Positions 9,029 through 18,666 of a stretch of 32,000 nucleotides of DNA are shown here, in pieces. A model generated the notes under the pieces. The model was not told the DNA's origin. It saw only the letters and a list, made by a program, of their open reading frames with translations, and did no database searches. Within the stretch, counting starts at the first letter, position 1. The number at the start of each line of letters is the position of its first letter. Position numbers and translations under genes: made by a program. The stretch is taken from assembly GCF_000283555.1 (NCBI RefSeq), contig NC_016012.1, forward strand, positions 1,470,001-1,502,000, read 5' to 3'. This DNA comes from Candidatus Arthromitus sp. SFB-rat-Yit. Its GTDB lineage: Bacteria > Bacillota > Clostridia > Clostridiales > Clostridiaceae.

Positions 9029-9047
9029 AAATAAAACCCTTTCGAAT

Positions 9048-9076
9048 TTGACAATAAGTAGGATTAATTATATCAT
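9048..9076 (+). promoter_or_regulatory. Sigma-70-type promoter for the glutamine synthetase gene
   Basis: TTGACA, 17 nt, TATCAT upstream of AGGAGG and ATG at 9142. Confidence 0.55.
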
Positions 9077-9141
9077 AAAATTCAAAATATCATCAAAAAT
9101 AAAAGGAGGAAATCAAATAATTTATTTGATTTTGAGTATTT

Positions 9142-10995
9142 ATGTTTGAAAACTTAATTTATTTAATTAAAAAAGAGGATATATCCAAAAACTATATTAT
9201 AAACTTACTAGCGGCTCACCCTGAAATTAAATTTATATCACTTATGGGTATAGATTTAAATGCTAATGATACAGATGAAAAAATACCTACAGAGATTTTT
9301 ATAAACGATATTGATTTATTCTTTAACGGATGTGCTGTTCAAACAGATGGATCTTCAGTCGTACTAACTGGAATAGCAACATTAAATGATGCAAAAGTTG
9401 ATATAGTCATAGACAAGAACTCTAATTGGTTTGTTGATTATAATTTTAGTAATATAGATAAATCAACAAATAAACCTATAGGTACACTTAGAATACCTAG
9501 TTTTTTAACACATAATAAAAAATATGTAGATTCTAGATCCATTTTAAAAAGATCAATAAACTTTCTAAAATCTACTCTTATGAACTTATTCAAAAAAAAT
9601 CCTAGATGCCTCGAATCGATTAATTTTGATGATATAGATGATATAATAATAAATACTGCGACTGAACTTGAATTTTGGGTTAAAACTCCTGAAGAATATG
9701 TGAATATAGAAGATCTAACAACTTCTCAAAGCTTACATGAACAATATTGGAACATGACAAAAGGTATAGTTAGAACAGCTTTAGAAGACTCACTAATAAT
9801 GATGAAAAATTACGATTTACATCCAGAAATGGGGCACAAAGAAGTTGGTGGGATTAAATCGAAAATAGACTCAAATGGAAATTATCATATTTTAGAACAA
9901 TTGGAAATTGACTGGAAATATTCAACTGCAATGCAAACATGTGACAATCTATTAATCGTAAAAAGCATAATAAAAGAAACTTTTAAACAACATAAATTAG
10001 ATGTTACATTTTCAGCAAAACCTATAGATAAAGTGGCTGGGAATGGGGCTCATTTGCATTTTAGCATTTTTCTAAAACTTAAAAATGGCAAATTATTAAA
10101 TTTATTTTCGTACGGTAATAATGAATTTATGAATCCTATAGGATATGGTGCAATTATGGGAATCTTAAAAAACTACGATATAATAAATCCATTTGTATCA
10201 AATACAATTGATTCATTAAAACGTCTTAAACCTGGGTTTGAAGCCCCTGTATGCACAGTAGCATCACTTGGTATTTCAAAAAACATACCATCTAGAAATC
10301 GTTCTATTCTAATAGCCCTCATACGTGATACTGAAAATAGTAAATCAACTAGATTTGAATTAAGATCACCAAATCCCAAAACAAATATGTATTTAACTAT
10401 TTCAGCAATAAATATGTGCGTAGTAGATGGAATTAAGTATTCTATAGATAAAAACGAAAAATTTCTGTTAAGAGAATTATCAAAAAATTCTACAGAATAT
10501 TATGGATATTTAAATAAATCTAAAATTTATAGAAGTGAAGAAAATATATTCGAAAAATACTCAGAGAAAGATAGAGATCATATTTTTGGTAAAACACCTA
10601 AAACTGTTTATGAAAATTTATTGAATTTTGAAAATAATAACTGTGATATTTTAACACAAAACTCCGTATTTACTCCAGATATAATAAATAGTTTTAGAAC
10701 ATCTTCATTAGATCAATATTTAATGGAAATAGAACATAGAATATTACCAAAATATAAAAAAGAATTAAGCGATTTAATTAAAAACATTAATATAAATTCT
10801 AAATTAATGTTCCTTAATTGCTTACTATTAAACGAATTGTATTTTAATTTATTTACAGATAGTTTTAATCACTTAAGTTTAGTTTCTAAACTCAAATATC
10901 ACATTAAAAATAGAGAATATGAATCAATATCAAATACCCATATAAAAATTGAAAATATGATAAATAATTTCATGTATATATATGATCTATGCTAG
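9142..10995 (+). CDS. Glutamine synthetase, large clostridial form (617 aa)
   Basis: GIATLNDAKVDIVIDKNSNWFVDYNF, EMGHKEVGGIKSKID, VDKVAGNGAHLHFSIF, NPFVSNTIDSLKRLKPGFEAP and RNRSILIALIRDTENSKSTRFELRSPNPKTNMYLTISA. Confidence 0.9.
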   Translation: MFENLIYLIKKEDISKNYIINLLAAHPEIKFISLMGIDLNANDTDEKIPTEIFINDIDLFFNGCAVQTDGSSVVLTGIATLNDAKVDIVIDKNSNWFVDYNFSNIDKSTNKPIGTLRIPSFLTHNKKYVDSRSILKRSINFLKSTLMNLFKKNPRCLESINFDDIDDIIINTATELEFWVKTPEEYVNIEDLTTSQSLHEQYWNMTKGIVRTALEDSLIMMKNYDLHPEMGHKEVGGIKSKIDSNGNYHILEQLEIDWKYSTAMQTCDNLLIVKSIIKETFKQHKLDVTFSAKPIDKVAGNGAHLHFSIFLKLKNGKLLNLFSYGNNEFMNPIGYGAIMGILKNYDIINPFVSNTIDSLKRLKPGFEAPVCTVASLGISKNIPSRNRSILIALIRDTENSKSTRFELRSPNPKTNMYLTISAINMCVVDGIKYSIDKNEKFLLRELSKNSTEYYGYLNKSKIYRSEENIFEKYSEKDRDHIFGKTPKTVYENLLNFENNNCDILTQNSVFTPDIINSFRTSSLDQYLMEIEHRILPKYKKELSDLIKNININSKLMFLNCLLLNELYFNLFTDSFNHLSLVSKLKYHIKNREYESISNTHIKIENMINNFMYIYDLC

Positions 10996-11019
10996 GTATC
11001 TAACAAACTGTTAGATACC
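10995..11019. terminator. Shared hairpin between convergent glutamine synthetase and YkvI-like genes
   Basis: GGTATCTAACA-AAC-TGTTAGATACC followed by CTTTTT. The 5' arm starts on the last base of the glutamine synthetase stop codon and the 3' arm lies in the end of the convergent CDS. Confidence 0.85.
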
Positions 11020-12084
11020 CTTTTTCTTTATGTATTTATACTTAATTATATAATAAATAAACACTACTCCTAGTAACCCAAACAATGGATATATAATAGA
11101 AATTAGTTTAGTAAAACCAATTATGGATATAGGTATTGAAATAACTAAAATCAATAAAATACTTTTAAATAATGAAATTTTATACTTATTTGAAATGCTT
11201 TTTGCAAGAGAGTAAAGACTAGATGTTTCTGTTGAAAGCATTTCCACCCATATCAAAACAAGTATAATTAGTTGAAATACTTTTCCAAATATTCTAGATA
11301 TATACAAGAGAGGTATATCATACTTAGCTATGTATGGCATATTTGATAAAATCAAATAATTTATAATCATACTTATTAATATCAAAAGTAAAGATCCTAT
11401 AAATATACCTTTTTTAAAATTACTTCTCTTATGTTGAGTTGCGAGACTAGATAAAATACCCGTTGCACTTAAAATATTAAATCCACCATACAAAATACAA
11501 GATAAAATTATATTATTATGTAATCTTATTCCATTATCTTTAAAAGTAAGTAATGATAATGTTTCTATATCTATTGGTTTCAAAAATAATTCAAACATTA
11601 TGAATATTATAAATATTAAACAAATCATTATTGGTACACTTAATGAATTAATTAGAACAAGTCCCTTCATGCTAAATTTTAAAATTATAACCGAAACTAC
11701 TATCATTAATATTATCCCCAAAATATTCGGTATTGAAAAAAACTGATTTATTATAGAACCACTTGCCGCAAATATAATCGAGGAGGAAAACAAATAATAT
11801 AAACCTACAAAACTATTTAAAATTTTAGCTGGAATTTTGGGGCATATTTCATTTATTAAAAGATCATAAGAAGATAAATTTTTTTTATTACATATATCGC
11901 ATACCATATTTCCAATAAATACATACATAAAAAAGCATATTATAAGTCCAAAAAAACTACTTAACCCATATACAGAAAAAAACTGATATATTTCCTTTCC
12001 TGATGCAAGTCCAGCCCCTACAATTGTACCAATAAAGATACATGATACTTTAAATACGCTCATTAAATTATTCACATTTAACAA
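11011..12084 (-). CDS. YkvI-family-like membrane transporter
   Basis: About 10 hydrophobic segments; N-terminal SCIFIGTIVGAGLASGKEIYQFFSVYG typical of YkvI-like proteins. Confidence 0.75.
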   Translation of the reverse strand: MLNVNNLMSVFKVSCIFIGTIVGAGLASGKEIYQFFSVYGLSSFFGLIICFFMYVFIGNMVCDICNKKNLSSYDLLINEICPKIPAKILNSFVGLYYLFSSSIIFAASGSIINQFFSIPNILGIILMIVVSVIILKFSMKGLVLINSLSVPIMICLIFIIFIMFELFLKPIDIETLSLLTFKDNGIRLHNNIILSCILYGGFNILSATGILSSLATQHKRSNFKKGIFIGSLLLILISMIINYLILSNMPYIAKYDIPLLYISRIFGKVFQLIILVLIWVEMLSTETSSLYSLAKSISNKYKISLFKSILLILVISIPISIIGFTKLISIIYPLFGLLGVVFIYYIIKYKYIKKKGI

Positions 12085-12175
12085 AATTAATTACCTACCT
12101 TTTATAATATATTTAATTTTTATTTTTATATATGTTAAAATATGAATCTATTATTTTTAGGAGGTACTTAAAATT

Positions 12176-13102
12176 ATGATTTTAGATGATAAACCTTATT
12201 TTTCTTTAAACTCATTTCTTAGAAATAAATTCAAAGAAAAAATAATAAAAATAACATTAGATGGCGGTTTTACATGTCCAAATCGAGATGGGAAAATAGC
12301 TTTTGGTGGATGTACATTTTGTAGCTCTATGGGATCTGGAGAATTTGCAGGAAATAGATTAAAATCAGTAACAGAACAATTTACCCAACAAAAAGAAATG
12401 ATGAAAAAAAAATGGAGTTCAAATAAATACATAGCATATTTTCAAGCATATACAAACACATATGCTCCTTTAGATTATTTAAAAAAAATATATGATGAGG
12501 CACTAATTCAAGAAGGAGTTGTTGGTTTATCAATAGGAACTCGTCCTGATTGTTTATCTCAAGATATTTTAGATTTGCTCTCTTACTATAATGAAAAAAC
12601 ATTTTTAATGATTGAACTTGGACTCCAGACTTCAAAAGATTCAACTGCTACTTTAATAAATCGTGGACACGATACTAATTGTTTTAAAGATGCAGTTATA
12701 GAATTAAGAAAGAGAAATATAAACGTGGTTGCACATGTTATATTTGGATTGCCTTATGAATCCTATGATGATATGATGAACACCGTAAAATTTATAAATA
12801 GCTTAGATATACAAGGTGTTAAGTATCATCTACTTTATATAATTAAAAACACTAAACTTGCACAAGAATATATGAAAAATCCATCCATATACACACTAAC
12901 AATGGATAGTTATATAAAAATAATAGGAGATGCTATATCACTTACAAATCCAAATATAGTAATACATAGAATAACTGGGGATGCAAAGAGAGAGGATATA
13001 ATAGAACCTAAATGGAGCATAAAAAAATGGGAATTATTAAACTCAATACATCATTATTTAAAGGAAAATAATATATATCAAGGTAAGTATTTTAATGCTT
13101 AG
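12176..13102 (+). CDS. TIGR01212-type radical SAM protein (YtqA-like)
   Basis: KITLDGGFTCPNRDGKIAFGGCTFCSSMGSGEFAG (radical SAM Cys cluster), IAYFQAYTNTYAPL, LSIGTRPDCL and HVIFGLPYESYDDMMNTVKFINSLDIQGVKYHLLYI. Confidence 0.92.
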   Translation: MILDDKPYFSLNSFLRNKFKEKIIKITLDGGFTCPNRDGKIAFGGCTFCSSMGSGEFAGNRLKSVTEQFTQQKEMMKKKWSSNKYIAYFQAYTNTYAPLDYLKKIYDEALIQEGVVGLSIGTRPDCLSQDILDLLSYYNEKTFLMIELGLQTSKDSTATLINRGHDTNCFKDAVIELRKRNINVVAHVIFGLPYESYDDMMNTVKFINSLDIQGVKYHLLYIIKNTKLAQEYMKNPSIYTLTMDSYIKIIGDAISLTNPNIVIHRITGDAKREDIIEPKWSIKKWELLNSIHHYLKENNIYQGKYFNA

Positions 13103-13177
13103 TTAATGTTGATTTTAAACATCTTATTGTGTATACTTTTTGTGTGAAAATAAAATATTTTTTAAGGAGGACTCATC

Positions 13178-13729
13178 TTGAAAAACTCTTCTATCTCTAT
13201 TAGAAATATAGTAGCAATAGGTATTGGTTCTGCTGTTTTTTTGGTTTTAGGACGTTTTGCATCTATCCCTTCTGGAATTCCAAATACAAATTTCGAATTA
13301 TCTTATGCATTCCTAGCTTTAATCTCAATGATTTATGGACCGTTGTCTGGTTTTTTAATTGGATTTATAGGACATACATTAAAAGATATGTTATTTTATG
13401 GTTCACCTTGGTTTAGTTGGATTTTAGCATCTGCAAGCATAGGTCTCATAATTGGTTTATCTTCTAGATTTGTTAAATTAAAAGATTTTAATAAATCTTC
13501 AATAATAAAGTTTAATATTGCACAAATTATATCAAATCTTATTGCCTGGCTTGTAATTGCACCTGTTTTAGATATATTTATATATTCAGAACCTACAAAT
13601 AAAGTATTTATACAAGGAGCAATAGCATCACTTTTAAATATAATAACTGTAGGTATAGTTGGAACAGGCTTATTATCACTCTATGCTAAATCTATTGTTA
13701 AAAAAGGTAGCCTATCTAAAGAATCTTAA
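13178..13729 (+). CDS. ECF transporter S component, UPF0397-like; TTG start after AAGGAGG
   Basis: IRNIVAIGIGSAVFLVLGRFASIPSGIPNTNFELSYAFLALISMIYGPLSGFLIGFIGHTLKDMLFYGSPWFSWI; followed by ATPase and EcfT genes. Confidence 0.85.
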   Translation: MKNSSISIRNIVAIGIGSAVFLVLGRFASIPSGIPNTNFELSYAFLALISMIYGPLSGFLIGFIGHTLKDMLFYGSPWFSWILASASIGLIIGLSSRFVKLKDFNKSSIIKFNIAQIISNLIAWLVIAPVLDIFIYSEPTNKVFIQGAIASLLNIITVGIVGTGLLSLYAKSIVKKGSLSKES

Positions 13730-13762
13730 AACAAAATTTCCAAATTTGAGGTAAATACTTTA

Positions 13763-15493
13763 ATGAAAGAAAAATTAATCGAGTTTATAGACTTTAGTTT
13801 TAAATACAATTCTCAACAATCTTCAACACTTAAAAATATAAATCTTACTATTTATAAAAATGAAAAAATATTAGTATTAGGTGAATCTGGATGTGGTAAA
13901 AGTACACTATTTAACTCTATAAATGGTCTTGTTCCGTTTTTTTATCAGGGAGAAATTTCTGGTAATTTGGAAATTAAAAATAAAAATACCAAAAATATGT
14001 CTATTTTTGAAATTTCAAAAAGCGTAGCTACAATACTTCAGGATACTGATAATCAATTTATAGCATTAACATCTGCAGAAGATATAGCTTTTAAGTTAGA
14101 AAACTTGTGTGTTAATCAAAAAGTTATGCACGAAAAAGTTAATAAAATATCTTCTCTCATTGGTGTAAATGATTTTTTAAATTCAAATCCTCATAATCTA
14201 TCTGGTGGACAAAAACAGAGGGTAACTCTAGGTGGAGTACTTGTAGATGATAGTGAAATATTAATTTTTGATGAGCCTCTAGCAAATTTAGATCCAAAAA
14301 CATCTGAAGAAACTATAAATTTAATTAATAAAATAACAGAGAAAACTCCTAAGACTGTAATAATAATAGAACATAGACTTGAAGAGGTATTGAAACTTAA
14401 TTTTGATAGAGTATTGTTAATGCATAATGGTTGCATAGTTTTTGATGGTGAAATGAATAAATTACTATGCTCTTCATTATTAAAAAAATATGGAATACGA
14501 GAGCCTTTATATTTAACAGCTCTAAAATATGCTGGATGTAATGTAGAAAAATATCCAAATGTTTTTGATATAAAAAATTTAGATATCTCACCATTTAAAC
14601 ATAATATTGAAACTTTTTACAATGATTTAAAATACTTCAATCCCCATAATATTATTGATTCATCCTCTCCATTATTAAGATGTGAGAATATAAATTTTAG
14701 TTATAATAATAAAAAAAATGTGTTAAATAACGTATCATTTGACGTTTATAAAAATGAATTATTATGTATCGTTGGTAAAAATGGTGCTGGAAAATCTACA
14801 ATTTCAAAAATTATATGCGGTTTTTTAAAACCATCTTCTGGTAAAATATTATTTAATAATAAAGATATAACAAATTCTACAATTTTTGAGCGCTCATCTT
14901 TAATTGGATATGTAATGCAAAATCCAAATCAAATGATAAGTCATAATTTATTATTTGATGAAGTAGCATTTACTCTTAAAAATATGAAATTGAATAAAAA
15001 TGAGATAGAAACTAAAGTATATAATATATTGAAAATATGTGGTTTGTATGAATTTAGGAATTGGCCTATCTCTGCACTTAGTTTTGGTCAAAAAAGACGT
15101 GTAACAATAGCATCTATTTTAGTTAGTAATCCTAAAATACTTATTTTAGATGAACCAACAGCTGGGCAAGATTTTAATCATTATAATAAAGTAATGGAAT
15201 TTATAAAGAGTTTGAAAAATCATGGTATAACTTCAATTATGATAACTCATGATATGAATTTGCTTATGGAATACGCAGATAGGTGCATTGTTATATCGGA
15301 TGGTAAAAAAATAGGTGATGATATTCCTTCTAAAATTTTATCAAATGATGACATAATTAAAAACGCAAACTTAAAGAAAACCTCATTACATAGTATTTCT
15401 GAAAAATTATCCTTAAATAATACTGAGATATTTATAAACAAATTTATAACTTATGATAGGAGCACAAGAGATAAAAATGAAACTTGTTCTTGA
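13763..15493 (+). CDS. ECF transporter duplicated ATPase (two ABC domains)
   Basis: Two Walker A motifs (GESGCGKST, GKNGAGKST), two signature motifs (LSGGQKQR, LSFGQKRR) and two Walker B motifs (ILIFDEPL, ILILDEPT). Confidence 0.95.
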   Translation: MKEKLIEFIDFSFKYNSQQSSTLKNINLTIYKNEKILVLGESGCGKSTLFNSINGLVPFFYQGEISGNLEIKNKNTKNMSIFEISKSVATILQDTDNQFIALTSAEDIAFKLENLCVNQKVMHEKVNKISSLIGVNDFLNSNPHNLSGGQKQRVTLGGVLVDDSEILIFDEPLANLDPKTSEETINLINKITEKTPKTVIIIEHRLEEVLKLNFDRVLLMHNGCIVFDGEMNKLLCSSLLKKYGIREPLYLTALKYAGCNVEKYPNVFDIKNLDISPFKHNIETFYNDLKYFNPHNIIDSSSPLLRCENINFSYNNKKNVLNNVSFDVYKNELLCIVGKNGAGKSTISKIICGFLKPSSGKILFNNKDITNSTIFERSSLIGYVMQNPNQMISHNLLFDEVAFTLKNMKLNKNEIETKVYNILKICGLYEFRNWPISALSFGQKRRVTIASILVSNPKILILDEPTAGQDFNHYNKVMEFIKSLKNHGITSIMITHDMNLLMEYADRCIVISDGKKIGDDIPSKILSNDDIIKNANLKKTSLHSISEKLSLNNTEIFINKFITYDRSTRDKNETCS

Positions 15494-16304
15494 ATATATA
15501 GATAAGAATTCATTTATTCATAACTTAACAGGCGCAACTAAATTAATATGTTTTATACTTTGGTGTACTATAACAATAATAACATACGATACAAGATTAC
15601 TAATTTCCTTACTAATCTTAAGTTTATTTTTATTTAAAATATCGAAGATAAAATTTAAAGATATTTCTTTGATAATAATATTTATACTAATATTTCTCTT
15701 ATTAAATAATATACTCATATACATCTTTGGTCCTAATACAGGGTCAGAAATATATGGAACTAAAACTATTTTATTAAATTTTAATAACTCATATTCAGTT
15801 ACTGCTGAGCAGATTTTTTATCAATTTAATATTACGCTAAAATATTTTAGTGTAATACCTATTTCTTTATTATTTATATTAACAACAAACCCGAGCGAAT
15901 TTGCTGCATCATTAAATAAAATAGGTATAAATTATAAAATTTCATATTCTATATCATTAGCTCTCAGGTATATACCAGATATAATAGAGGATTATAAAAA
16001 TGTGTCTTTATCTAAACAAGCTCGTGGAATTGATATGTCTAAAAACGAAAAACTAATTGTTAGAATGAAAAATATGTTCCTTATAATTATACCTATAATA
16101 TTTTCAAGCCTTAATCGTATAGATAAGATTTCATGCGCAATGGAACTTAGAGGATTTGGATATAACAAAAAACGTACATGGTACAATCAGAAAAAATTCA
16201 AAAAAAATGATATACTCTCAATATTATTTTTTATAATTTTAAATTTAATATCAATATATTTATTCCATACAAATAATGGTCGATTTTTTAATCCATTTAA
16301 ATAG
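15453..16304 (+). CDS. ecfT: ECF transporter transmembrane component EcfT; likely start ATG at 15477 (MKLVLEYIDKN)
   Basis: Hydrophobic protein with SLALRYIPDIIEDYKNVSLSKQARGID and ISCAMELRGFGYNKKRTWY, the EcfT Ala-Arg-Gly motifs. Confidence 0.9.
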   Translation: MIGAQEIKMKLVLEYIDKNSFIHNLTGATKLICFILWCTITIITYDTRLLISLLILSLFLFKISKIKFKDISLIIIFILIFLLLNNILIYIFGPNTGSEIYGTKTILLNFNNSYSVTAEQIFYQFNITLKYFSVIPISLLFILTTNPSEFAASLNKIGINYKISYSISLALRYIPDIIEDYKNVSLSKQARGIDMSKNEKLIVRMKNMFLIIIPIIFSSLNRIDKISCAMELRGFGYNKKRTWYNQKKFKKNDILSILFFIILNLISIYLFHTNNGRFFNPFK

Positions 16305-16339
16305 AAGGGGGAAGATGTTATCATCTTCCCCCTTCTATT
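16300..16339. terminator. Bidirectional terminator overlapping both convergent stop codons (ecfT and BFD-like gene)
   Basis: AATAGAAGGGGGAAGATG-TTAT-CATCTTCCCCCTTCTATT, perfect 18-bp stem. Confidence 0.92.
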
Positions 16340-16559
16340 TATTAGCTGCCTCTATAAGTTCAATAATTTTACTTCTGCATCTAGCACCTTTACATCCGCC
16401 TCCAGTTGCACCTGTCATTTCCTTTATCTTATCGATAGTATTAGCACCATCTTTTATACACTCATTAATAGTAAATTTATCAATTCCTTTACACAAACAT
16501 ATCTTTGTCATTTTATCTTTTATGATATTATCTTTATCCATTGATTTACCACCTCTCAA
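16335..16559 (-). CDS. BFD-like [2Fe-2S]-binding small protein; likely start at 16541 (MDKDN)
   Basis: ICLCKGIDKFTINECIKDGANTIDKIKEMTGATGGGCKGARCRSKIIELI; CxC...CxxxxC spacing of the BFD-like 2Fe-2S family. Confidence 0.8.
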   Translation of the reverse strand: MRGGKSMDKDNIIKDKMTKICLCKGIDKFTINECIKDGANTIDKIKEMTGATGGGCKGARCRSKIIELIEAANK

Positions 16560-16642
16560 ATATTATACACTTTATTAAGTATACATTTCAATGTATAATA
16601 TACTATATAGTATTTAGTATTTTTCATTCTAGCTTAATAATT

Positions 16643-18640
16643 ATGATTAACAATTTAAATAATAATGAAAAATATAATAATAAACTTATAGTTCAATATG
16701 TTATAACTTGTCTATTATTTTTTATTCTAATTGAAATAATCCATAGACAAGATTTTAATGCTATATATATGTTTTTAAAATCAAACACTATATATACAAA
16801 TTTATATTTAATACTATTTTTTATATTTTCAAGTTTATATACGTTTGTATTTAAAAAACCCCTTATATTTTGTGCAATGCACTATAGTTTATGGTGTTTT
16901 ATAGCATTCATAAGTAATATAAATATTTATTTTAAAGGTACCCCTCTAATTTTTGAAGATTTATTCCTAGTAAATGAAGCTACTGATATTATTTTAAAAT
17001 ATTTAAATTTTAAACTTATAACTAATATATTAATCTTAATTATTTTATTATCTATTATATTTATAATTTTAATAAAACTATCTAAAAATATTAAATTTAA
17101 ATTATTTAATTTTAAACATTCATATTTAAATTTCATACTATATCCATTTTTTATATGGTTTTATCTATTCTCTATGGATAAACTTTATAATTATGGTAAA
17201 TCTATTACATATGCCTTAAGTGATTTTAATTTATCGGATACATATTTAAAAAATGGATTTCTACACTCATTTTATAATTCAACTAACTTGTTTTTTTTAA
17301 ATAATACAAATTTTAATTATGATATAGATAAAGTCCTCAAACTTAAAAATATATTAAATAACCATTATTATAATTCTAAGGATCCAAATCTTAATATAAT
17401 TGTAATTCAATTAGAATCATTATTTGACCCACTTAAGTTAAAAAATACAAAATTCTCTAGTGATCCACTTAAAAATTTGAGGAATTTATCAAAAACAAAT
17501 GAGAGTGGAGAAATAATAGTTCCAGTTTTAGGTGGTGGAACAATACAAACAGAATTTGAAATACTTACAGGCATTAACATGAAAAATCTTTATACCAAAA
17601 TGCCCTACTTAAATATACTAAATAAAAATCAAGTGGAAAGTATTCCTTATATATTAAAAAATTCTGGATATGCAACAACAGCCTTACACAATTATTTTTC
17701 AACATTTTACAATCGTACTAAAGCTTATGAAAATCTCGGATTTGATACATTTATACCTATTGAATCTATTTCGTCAAGAGAAACTAGCAAAAATTTTTGG
17801 TATAAAGATAATCTTTTAATAAATGAAATTATAACTAAAATTAAAAATACTCCTGAGAAAGATTTTATATTTGGTGTAGCTGTAGAATCCCATGGCCCAT
17901 ATAATACGCCAATAGATGGAGATATTGTAGTAAAAAATGATTTACTTAATGAACAGGAATTACTAGAACTCCAAAATTATGCAAATATTATTAAACATGT
18001 AGATGATTTTATTCTTAATTTAGTAAATGAACTCAATAATATAGATGAAGAATACGTTCTGATATTTTATAGCGATCATCTACCTTCTCTTGGAGAAAAT
18101 CATAGTACATTATCTTTATTAGATAGTGTAGATTTATTTAAAACTCCTTATTTAATAATTGAATCAAATAATAATAATTCGATATCTATTGAGAATGAAG
18201 AAATTCATTCTTATGAATTTCTTCATGAAATTTTTTCAGATTTAAATATAAATTCTACTATATATCATAAATTAAGGACAATTTTAAAACAAGATCAGAA
18301 TTATGATGATTACGAAAAGCAGTTAATATTGGATATAAAAAAACAAAACATATATGAAGATAATAAATTTCCTTACGAAAAATCCACTATAAAAATAGGT
18401 AATAAACCTCAAATTATAGAAAATGTTAATATATCTGAGAATGAAATTTTAATAATTGGAAGTGGTTTTACTGAAAATTCAAAGATTCTAGTCAATGGTA
18501 TAAAAATTGATACCCAATATATATCTCCTAATTGTCTAAAATCTGTAAATTACACTACCAATAATGATGATATATTTTTAGTTGTATTATTTTCAAATAA
18601 AAATTCTCCTTTAGATATCAGTAATAAATTTATATTTTAA
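16643..18640 (+). CDS. LtaS-like membrane phosphoglycerol transferase/sulfatase-family protein with C-terminal IPT/TIG-like segment
   Basis: Five hydrophobic segments then NIIVIQLESLFDP, PVLGGGTIQTEFEILTGINMKNLYTKMPY, AVESHGPYNTP and IFYSDHLPSLGENH. The C-terminal PQIIENVNISENEILIIGSGFTENSKILVNGIKIDTQYISPNCLKS looks like IPT/TIG. Start taken at MINNLNNN inside the track ORF 16541..18640. Confidence 0.88.
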   Translation: MINNLNNNEKYNNKLIVQYVITCLLFFILIEIIHRQDFNAIYMFLKSNTIYTNLYLILFFIFSSLYTFVFKKPLIFCAMHYSLWCFIAFISNINIYFKGTPLIFEDLFLVNEATDIILKYLNFKLITNILILIILLSIIFIILIKLSKNIKFKLFNFKHSYLNFILYPFFIWFYLFSMDKLYNYGKSITYALSDFNLSDTYLKNGFLHSFYNSTNLFFLNNTNFNYDIDKVLKLKNILNNHYYNSKDPNLNIIVIQLESLFDPLKLKNTKFSSDPLKNLRNLSKTNESGEIIVPVLGGGTIQTEFEILTGINMKNLYTKMPYLNILNKNQVESIPYILKNSGYATTALHNYFSTFYNRTKAYENLGFDTFIPIESISSRETSKNFWYKDNLLINEIITKIKNTPEKDFIFGVAVESHGPYNTPIDGDIVVKNDLLNEQELLELQNYANIIKHVDDFILNLVNELNNIDEEYVLIFYSDHLPSLGENHSTLSLLDSVDLFKTPYLIIESNNNNSISIENEEIHSYEFLHEIFSDLNINSTIYHKLRTILKQDQNYDDYEKQLILDIKKQNIYEDNKFPYEKSTIKIGNKPQIIENVNISENEILIIGSGFTENSKILVNGIKIDTQYISPNCLKSVNYTTNNDDIFLVVLFSNKNSPLDISNKFIF

Positions 18641-18666
18641 AAATAAATGAAAGGATAAATAAAATA

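Noticed and set aside
205-12644. Other shadow ORFs: 205..417, 1556..1798, 4716..4910, 6169..6381, 8670..8885, 10173..10379, 12196..12432, 12381..12644
   Set aside because: All lie inside and opposite genes with clear family motifs.
14191-16186. Antisense ORFs 14191..14436, 14397..14594, 15247..15441, 15518..15724 and 15992..16186 (all -)
   Set aside because: Shadow ORFs opposite well-supported ATPase and EcfT genes.
16276-16578. ORF 16276..16578(+)
   Set aside because: Antisense to the BFD-like gene and spans the terminator hairpin; the Cys-rich 2Fe-2S protein on the minus strand explains the region.
18641-18666. T-box or S-box riboswitch upstream of metG
   Set aside because: Only 26 bp separate the LtaS-like stop from the metG start, too short for either element.
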